Shown piece by piece: positions 57,042-64,000 of a stretch of 64,000 nucleotides of DNA. The DNA lies in the NCBI GenBank assembly GCA_045159875.1, contig CP067995.1, positions 704,001 through 768,000 of the forward strand, given 5' to 3'. Within the stretch, counting starts at the first letter, position 1. Each line of letters begins with the position of its first letter. This DNA is from a cyanobacterium endosymbiont of Rhopalodia gibba. Lineage in GTDB: Bacteria > Cyanobacteriota > Cyanobacteriia > Cyanobacteriales > Microcystaceae. Below the pieces are notes generated by a model that did no database searches, had not been told where the DNA came from, and saw only the letters and a program-made list of their open reading frames with translations. Both the position numbers and the translations under genes were made by a program.

Positions 57042-57186
57042 AAGAAAAAATATAAAAAAATAAAATTTTAAAACAAATTAGCTCTTATAACTAACACAAT
57101 ATCTTTGACTGAAATTGAATGTAAGACAGTAAAAATAAATGCATAACAATGTGCGAGATAAAATTTACATACTAACTAATTCTAGA

Positions 57187-57234
57187 TAATCTATTAAAAT
57201 AAATTATCTCGAGATAATTTATTTTAATAGATTA
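57187..57234. repeat. Perfect 48-bp palindrome with no spacer
   Basis: taatctattaaaataaattatctc|gagataatttattttaatagatta. Confidence 0.95.
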
Positions 57235-57439
57235 ATATCAGCAATAATAGAATACAACGATTCACTCCTCCTAAAATTTTTTAAAAATAAATTAAATTTA
57301 TACTGTTAATTAAACTTTGTGTCCAATGTAGATTAGCTGATAAATAACTGTATTAGCCGTACTAACAATAACCCAAAATAAATAAATTTTTTCTAGAATA
57401 TAATTCTAGAATATGAAATTAGTTATTCATAGATAATCA

Positions 57440-58013
57440 ACTTGTAAGACTATTTCTAATGTTTTAAAATTGCCATTTCTAAAAATAGAACTATTAAAAC
57501 ATGAAGTATTTATTATTTTAATATTTTCGTCTATCTTCCTCTAATTTAACTTCTTTAAAATTAGTGCTATCCAGTTGAGTTATGCAAACTTAAAAATAGC
57601 CTCTCGCAGATTAGCTCTTTTTAAGTTTACATAACTCAAATTTGCTCGTTGTAAATTAGCGTAGCTTAAATTAAATTACTCCAAGGTAAATCTACTGAAT
57701 CGCGCTTGGCTAAAATCAATTTATTTTAGATAGGCATTTTGTAGAGATGTTCTAATTAAATTTGCTTGAGATAAGTTGGCATAACTAAGATAAGATTCAA
57801 CAAGGCTAACATTCGTTAATTCAGTTCTTTCCAAATTAGTGGAATTAAATTTAGCCTCTTGAAGATATGAGAGACTTAAATTAACACCTAAAAGATATCA
57901 CACTTTAAATTAATTTCTCTAAGATCAGGGGTAACTGTTTGATTGTTTTGCCGCTATGTCAACCATTTTTTCTTGCTTTGCTGTAACAAAACAAGGTGTT
58001 CCACATCTACCAT
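57440..58013 (-). pseudogene. Pentapeptide-repeat protein pseudogene
   Basis: MVDVEHLVLLQQ..W.T*RQNN..PDLREINL, then YANLSQANL, YANLQRANLSYVNLKRANLREA; stops and frameshifts. Confidence 0.88.
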
Positions 58014-58703
58014 GAATGCAATTTTTCCGTTAACTCTATGTGATTAGTTAGCATCTCAAAAAATAGAATTCTAGAGAAAAGTACAAAGTTAAAGCTTTTT
58101 ACCTGATACAGGATAACTAACTCTAGTAAACACTATATTTAATCATGAAACTGTGGTAGAAGAACTTGATGAATTAAAGAAGCATACACTTTAATTTTCA
58201 TGCTATTCGCCGTTTCCTAGAGGGTAGCAATCATAATTTTTACTTCTCCTCGCAATTTTTTAAAAAAGATACTCAACTTTTCTGAAGAATCAAGTATATG
58301 TCAATTAATTTTTTAAATTTGGACAAATAAGAATCAGGATTAACCCGGGAATAGCAAGGATGACACTCTACTCACATCGAAAAATCAGTTTTTGTCTTAG
58401 GTGATACCAATTATTATCAAAGCACCGTCTAACAATATTATCAAACTTTCATTGCAATTCAAAAGATCATTATCAAGAAGGTGAGTGATAAAGGGACAAA
58501 AAGATAAGTTCATTACGCTTAAATTATCAGAATTTAATTACTAATTTAAACAACTACATAATAAATCACAGAAAATGGTGAAATCTTCCTGAAAAGATAA
58601 AAATTTTTGGAAAATTAAAGTGCTAAAAAAACTTTTAAAAATAAAATTGTTCGATTTTACGTTTTATTTAAAACTTTAGCTTAGGTATATCTAAGAATAA
58701 TTT

Positions 58704-58735
58704 AAGGGTGTATTAGCGTAGTGTAATACACCCTT
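58704..58735. terminator. Hairpin downstream of perR, candidate terminator
   Basis: aagggtgtatta-(8 nt)-taatacaccctt, about 50 bp past the perR stop. Confidence 0.5.
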
Positions 58736-58786
58736 GAATACTGGATATTGGTATGTTAACTTCTCCGAAGAGACAATTAACTTTAT

Positions 58787-59203
58787 TTACTGACAATTTT
58801 CACATAATCCCTGAACCGTAATTTCGTAACTGTCTACGGTTAAACCAGCACGAAGAGAATTCAGATTAATGGATTGGAAAGCACCCCAGTCGATATCTTC
58901 TATTTTCTCACATTGCCAACAACGGAAATGATGATGAGGAGAAACATTTGCATCATATCGAGAGACTCCCTCCTGTAACAAGACTTCTCGAATCAAATTG
59001 ACTTCTCTTAGGGTCTGCAAGGCACTATAAACTGTCGCTTGAGAAGAGGTAAAAATCTCCCTATTGAGATCCGTCAAAATCTGTTCGGCTGTAGGATGAT
59101 CTCCACGCGATCGCAGATTAGCATAGACGGCAAAGCGCTGAGGTGTTATCCTTAACCCTTTTGACTTTAAGATTGTCACAATTTCACTTTTGTGAACACT
59201 CAT
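58787..59203 (-). CDS. perR: Fur-family peroxide stress regulator, PerR-like
   Basis: GLRITPQR, HPTAEQ, SQATVY, HHHFRCWQC and C-terminal CENC; divergent from a peroxiredoxin gene. Confidence 0.85.
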   Translation of the reverse strand: MSVHKSEIVTILKSKGLRITPQRFAVYANLRSRGDHPTAEQILTDLNREIFTSSQATVYSALQTLREVNLIREVLLQEGVSRYDANVSPHHHFRCWQCEKIEDIDWGAFQSINLNSLRAGLTVDSYEITVQGLCENCQ

Positions 59204-59302
59204 TTTTATTTTGAGACTTTAATTTTCCCAGATTGTAACGATTCCTATTGTAGCGTCAACTCTATATAGTAACTTTTCTTAAAATCTAGATTGTTATAAC
59301 TC

Positions 59303-59331
59303 TTGACAAATTCTTAAATAAGAACTACTCT
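59303..59331 (+). promoter_or_regulatory. Sigma70-type promoter for the peroxiredoxin gene with a dyad in the spacer (candidate PerR operator)
   Basis: TTGACA (59303-59308), 17 bp, TACTCT (59326-59331); the spacer contains TTCTTA-AA-TAAGAA. Confidence 0.65.
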
Positions 59332-59396
59332 CATACAAAAGTTACAGTAAAAACTGTATACAATTACACCACATAACAGAGTGAGGCAATAAAAAT

Positions 59397-59969
59397 ATGG
59401 CTGTCATCGAAAAGGTTCCCCATGCTGTCTTTAAGACTCGCATCCGTGATGATTCTGTTACTGGACCCAACCCCTACCGTTGGCAAGATCTAACCACTAA
59501 AGAGATTTTCGTTGGGAAGAAAGTTGTTGTTTTTTCTTTACCTGGGGCATTTACTCCCACTTGTTCATCTAACCACTTACCTCGTTATGAAGAGTTATAC
59601 AATGAGTTCAAGGCACAAGGAGTAGATCAAGTCATTTGTCTGTCGGTTAATGATGCTTTTGTTATGTTCCAATGGGGCAAGCAACAAGGTGCCACCAACG
59701 TATTTTTACTTCCCGACGGTAATGGAGAATTCACCCGTAAAATGGGAATGTTAGTTGATAAGTCTAACCTCGGGTTCGGAATGCGTTCCTGGCGTTATTC
59801 CATGCTGGTTAACGACTGCAAGATTGAAAAAATCTTTATGGAACCTGAATTTTCCGATAATTGTCCTACTGATCCCTTTGAAGTGTCTGACGCTGACACC
59901 ATGTTAGCTTATCTTAAAGGAACAAAATCTAAGGGTGTTTCTGAACCGCGTAAAACATTTGTTGGTTAA
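59397..59969 (+). CDS. Type II peroxiredoxin (PrxII/Prx5 family)
   Basis: [34 protein letters not shown]. Confidence 0.95.
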   Translation: MAVIEKVPHAVFKTRIRDDSVTGPNPYRWQDLTTKEIFVGKKVVVFSLPGAFTPTCSSNHLPRYEELYNEFKAQGVDQVICLSVNDAFVMFQWGKQQGATNVFLLPDGNGEFTRKMGMLVDKSNLGFGMRSWRYSMLVNDCKIEKIFMEPEFSDNCPTDPFEVSDADTMLAYLKGTKSKGVSEPRKTFVG

Positions 59970-60006
59970 CGAATAATCAAACTTAAAATTTATACAAAAT
60001 CCAGAA

Positions 60007-60040
60007 GTAGGGGGGAATGACTGTTCGCCCCTATTTTTTA
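60007..60040 (+). terminator. GTAG REP-like hairpin followed by a T-run, downstream of the peroxiredoxin gene
   Basis: gtaggggggaatgactgttcgcccctatttttt. Confidence 0.6.
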
Positions 60041-60717
60041 AAAAAATAAAAAACTGGAGTAGGCTTCTCAGTCCTCTCCAGTGCTGTCACGGAATTCAGT
60101 TCTGTTCTATAAGTAGTTTAACTGCTTATTCATGGTACATCTTTGAAGTAGATACTAATTTGTCTTTTCTAATCCTTAAAACCTTGATCTTTATTGGCTT
60201 TGAGTGCTTTAGTTAACCTTTGTGGAGTGAGTGTTTGCGTCATAAATAAAAAGAAGTGGCTTTTATGGCTTGAATACCTTGACATGAGCCTTGTTAACCC
60301 TGAGTACATCAATGGTAATTCGTAGTTCCATAAATACTGTACCCCTACAGTAAAAATATTAGTTCCCTAGCCTAAAATAAATTTTTCTCTTGAATATAAT
60401 CCTTATTGGAACTGAATTCTGATGTTTGAGTACAAAACTGATTAATTTAATAAATAAAGACTGATCAGTTAAATAGATAAAAACTGAGCAGTTTAATAAA
60501 TGTTGTCGAGGGAAATGTTAATGAAAAAGTTAACTGAACAAAAAACCAGTGACCGCAATCACTGGTTGCTCGAAATATTCTTGTTGCTAATTCTTTCAGA
60601 AATCTTGTTTGAATAATGGTTGCGTGTTTCCAAGACGCCAACTAGACCAACTCAACCGTGGAAGGACTGTAACATTGAACATTGTTATTTCGTTATTTGT
60701 AGCATTTGCGGAAACAA

Positions 60718-62466
60718 TTAATTTTTTGTCTCCCCCTCATTTTTTCGATAAGTTTGCGTCTTATGTGGTTGTCCCCACAGCAATTTTTCCCGCTTATAAA
60801 TTACCATTCCTGGTTTAGATCCTTTAGGCTTATAAACATATTTGGGTTCAGTATAAACGATAGGGACATGCTCGCTAAATCTAGCACGACTGTAATAGGC
60901 AGCCCAATTTGCGGCACACTGTAAGTCCACTTCATTAGGTTTTTGCCCTGGTTCTAAGCGCAATAAAACGTGACTTCCAACACTCTCTTGCGTGTGAAAC
61001 CATAAATCGTAATCCCCTGCAGTACAAAAAGTTAAGCGATCATTTTGTCGGTTATTACGACCCACCCAGACTTCTAGCCCTGATGGGGTAATATATTGAT
61101 AAGGCTGAGATTCGTCTAAATGACTAGAATTACTTTGAAGAGTAGATTTCAGATAATTTTGTTGAATGAGTTCCTCCCGGATTTCCTGGAGAGTTTGCAA
61201 ATCTTGGGGAGAGTCATAGGTATCTAATTGATTCAAACTTTCTTCGACTTGTTCTAAGTAGTCCATTTCCCTTTTAACCTCGGCCAACAATGGTTCAACT
61301 GTACTACGAGCTCGTTTTAATTTTTGGTGTTGTTTATAAAAATATTGGGCATTTTGGACAGCGTTTTTTTGAGGATTTAGGTTAATTTCAACCGATTTTT
61401 CCGTTTCGAAGGTTTTCAAAAAAATAGACTTCATTCCTGGTTGCCATAAATGTAAATACGCCATCAATAAATCTCCCTGTTGGCGATATTGACCAGCTTC
61501 GATAGATTGTTGTAGTTTTTGAGTAAAGTTAGATGCTTTAACTTGCAGTTTTTTGAGAAGAAAACTGAGTTTTTGCAACAATCGATGACGTAGTTGTTGA
61601 AAAGTTTGATAATTAATTTGATCTTGATAGTATTGATTAATTAAGGTTTGTATCTCAGAGGCAGGTTTCACTATTCCCCATCCTAAAACGGTATAAGCCT
61701 CCTCTGTCCATCCAGGTTTAAAATCTGCTGTAACTAAAATAGTTAGCCAAGTCTGCCACAAACAAAATAATCGATTCCAGTCGGATAATCTTAAAGTATC
61801 CGTTGACTGTTCGGGATCTAAATTGGCTGTTTGGATCATCGAATGGACAACTGCTGGACTTAGCCCGCAATAACTATCCAACATTTGCTTTTTTAATGCC
61901 TTAGGAAGGAGACTAATTCTTTTTTGCCAACGTTCGTAAGGTTCCTCTAATTTAGGTAAAGTTCCTGTTAAAGTAGGAGGGAATTCGTAGGTTTGTCCGG
62001 TTTCAACAGTACGCACACTGGATTGATTAGCACTTACTTGATGCCCAACAGTGATAATCTGTTGTTTAGCGTCGGTAAGAATAATGTTGCTGTATTTACC
62101 CATAATTTCTAAAAACAAATGCCAGACAGGGGGTTCGCCAGGGCGTTTGGCAAATTGTAAATCAACGACTCTTTCCCAGGGGGCAATCATTTCTAAAGAA
62201 GTTAGAGCGTATCCATTGAGTTGATGGCGTAATTGATCGCTAAAAGTAAAAGTATCAGGAATATGGGAAGGAGGAGCACCAATACAAAGTCTAGCAGCCT
62301 GAGAATGCCAAGAGATAGTCAACCAACTACGTTTTTCAAGGGTTCGTAGGGCAAGAGAAATCGTGTGACGGTCATGTTGATAAACTTGTTCAAGACGAGA
62401 AGGTATCCAATGAATTTGGAGATTTCGACAAATGGCAGTTAGAGTGGTGACATCAAAAGATTGCAT
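60718..62466 (-). CDS. NFACT-family (RqcH/FbpA) ribosome quality-control protein
   Basis: LEIMGKYSNIIL, NAQYFYK, VGRNNRQND, DLWFH..GSHV, AAYYS, KPGMVIY. Confidence 0.93.
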   Translation of the reverse strand: MQSFDVTTLTAICRNLQIHWIPSRLEQVYQHDRHTISLALRTLEKRSWLTISWHSQAARLCIGAPPSHIPDTFTFSDQLRHQLNGYALTSLEMIAPWERVVDLQFAKRPGEPPVWHLFLEIMGKYSNIILTDAKQQIITVGHQVSANQSSVRTVETGQTYEFPPTLTGTLPKLEEPYERWQKRISLLPKALKKQMLDSYCGLSPAVVHSMIQTANLDPEQSTDTLRLSDWNRLFCLWQTWLTILVTADFKPGWTEEAYTVLGWGIVKPASEIQTLINQYYQDQINYQTFQQLRHRLLQKLSFLLKKLQVKASNFTQKLQQSIEAGQYRQQGDLLMAYLHLWQPGMKSIFLKTFETEKSVEINLNPQKNAVQNAQYFYKQHQKLKRARSTVEPLLAEVKREMDYLEQVEESLNQLDTYDSPQDLQTLQEIREELIQQNYLKSTLQSNSSHLDESQPYQYITPSGLEVWVGRNNRQNDRLTFCTAGDYDLWFHTQESVGSHVLLRLEPGQKPNEVDLQCAANWAAYYSRARFSEHVPIVYTEPKYVYKPKGSKPGMVIYKREKLLWGQPHKTQTYRKNEGETKN

Positions 62467-63223
62467 AGTGTCTCAACGATAAAAATAAATAATTGATCAA
62501 GTTCTCATTGTCTCGAATTTTTAAATCGACCCTAACTACAACAAACTTAAAAATTACATATTGATAAGATGAACTTAAATATACAACCTATAAAAACATA
62601 AAGTAGTTATTAAAAATAACGGACATAAAACTGATAGTAAATGTTATTGGACTCTCTATGTTTGCAACGTAAGTTTGACAAAAATTTATAGAGAGAAGCA
62701 GCAGCAAAGATTTAAACTGTATTCGTTGACACACAATGTCGATTAATTATTGGCTTTTTTTTATTAGACTAATTACCTGTACTTAATTTACCCGAAAAAA
62801 TTTTCTTCACTTCAATTTTAGCGCAAAGAGTAGACTGGTCTTGCGTTCTGATATTTTTAAACACATATTATAATTTTAATTGCTGACAGTTATTGTTTCA
62901 GATAATAATCAGCTCCGTTATATCTTGACTTAGATGTCAAAAATAACAACCATTTTTTAAAATACTGTCGAACCTACATTTTTGTAGAGTTATACTATCA
63001 ATAGCAATAACTTTCAAGTCTTCTTAAAAGTTAATCATCTTAATGCTCCTGATATTGGTATCATCAGCAAAAACTTTGACAGTGATTTCCCCTTTATCCC
63101 CAGAGGCTGTATTCTACAAGTTTAAAATATAGTAGAAGTACTTCGGGTTTGACAAGTAATTAGCCAACAATCAATAGACAGCTAAACTAAAATCACTATA
63201 TAGAGCTATCATTTCCGATTAAA

Positions 63224-63297
63224 TCGGAGCGGCGGGATTTGAACCCACGACCCCCACTACCCCAAAGTGGTGCGCTACCAAGCTGCGCTACGCCCCG
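63224..63297 (-). tRNA. tRNA-Pro(GGG)
   Basis: Reverse complement CGGGGCGTAGCGCAGCTTGGTAGCGCACCACTTTGGGGTAGTGGGGGTCGTGGGTTCAAATCCCGCCGCTCCGA. Confidence 0.97.
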
Positions 63298-63485
63298 CTA
63301 TCTGCAGATCATAATTGTAGATCATATTCCAATTACAATGCAACCTTTTACTGAAAGAAAAATTTCTGTTCGCTGTGACCTTCCCTAAAGCTTTAGATAA
63401 AGATGCCTGCGATCACCTCCAATTTATCTTGTAACACAAGACGTAGAACCAACCCCAGGCATCTACCAAAAAACCGTCAGACTTT

Positions 63486-63968
63486 CTAAAATAATCCTAG
63501 GGTTAAAGATTTATCAATGGGGAAAGTTGCACCTGCACCCAACCACAGAGTAACAAAAGTTGCAAAGAGGAACATAGCAGTTGCTACAGGACGACGGAAG
63601 GGATTCTGAAATTTGTTGACACTTTCAATAAAAGGAATCAACATTAAAGCTAAAGGAACGGCCGCTTGACAAGCAATTCCTAATAATTTATTAGGAAGAA
63701 CACGTAAAATTTGGAAAGCAGGATAAAGATACCACTCCGGGAGAATTTCTAAAGGAGTGGCAAAAGGATTAGCAGGTTCACCGAGCATAGCGGGGTCAAG
63801 AACCGCCAATCCCACTAGTAATCCTATGGTCCCAAGAATCACCACAGGAAAAATATAAAGTAAGTCATTAGGCCAAGCAGGTTCACCGTAATAGTTGTGA
63901 CCCATGCCCTGAGCTAGTTTTGCTCTTAATTTAGGATCGCTAAAATCTGGCTTTTTTTCAGTTGCCAT
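63486..63968 (-). CDS. petD: Cytochrome b6f complex subunit IV
   Basis: [41 protein letters not shown]. Confidence 0.98.
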   Translation of the reverse strand: MATEKKPDFSDPKLRAKLAQGMGHNYYGEPAWPNDLLYIFPVVILGTIGLLVGLAVLDPAMLGEPANPFATPLEILPEWYLYPAFQILRVLPNKLLGIACQAAVPLALMLIPFIESVNKFQNPFRRPVATAMFLFATFVTLWLGAGATFPIDKSLTLGLF

Positions 63969-64000
63969 TGGATATATTTCTCCTTATCAAAACTGAGAAT

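Noticed and set aside
60260..60430. Possible psbB/psbH remnant on the plus strand
   Set aside because: Manual translation gave no convincing run of conserved residues
62700..63130. Coding-like minus-strand fragment (NTASGDKGEITVKVF)
   Set aside because: No family recognised; multiple stops

Overview
The window comes from a unicellular cyanobacterial genome of Crocosphaera/Cyanothece type in mid-stage reductive evolution. About 33 intact housekeeping genes alternate with long, very AT-rich spacers full of decayed pseudogenes. The intact genes include recQ, pyrE, gloA, a GH57 branching enzyme, sasA, der, prk, murQ, mutS, gatC, a Gld-type ABC system, a Cu+ ATPase, perR-prxII, an NFACT protein and petD. 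There are also 3 tRNAs and the SRP RNA. The photosystem I assembly gene ycf3 is broken while petD and prk are intact. This best fits a non-photosynthetic, N2-fixing diatom endosymbiont (spheroid body/diazoplast of Epithemia/Rhopalodia); that assignment is an inference. Two signals are not visible in the ORF track. (1) A fossil Tn7-like element resembling type V-K CRISPR-associated transposons sits at the SRP RNA gene: a TGT-initiated end with repeated TnsB-site-like motifs starts about 10 bp after ffs, followed by a decayed tnsB. The spacing fits RNA-guided homing to ffs. (2) About 20 long, mutually unrelated, perfect or near-perfect inverted repeats occur only in non-coding or pseudogene DNA. 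Several visibly overwrite old codons, which suggests they form in place by template switching. All pseudogene and family assignments come from manual translation and recalled family sequences, not database searches.
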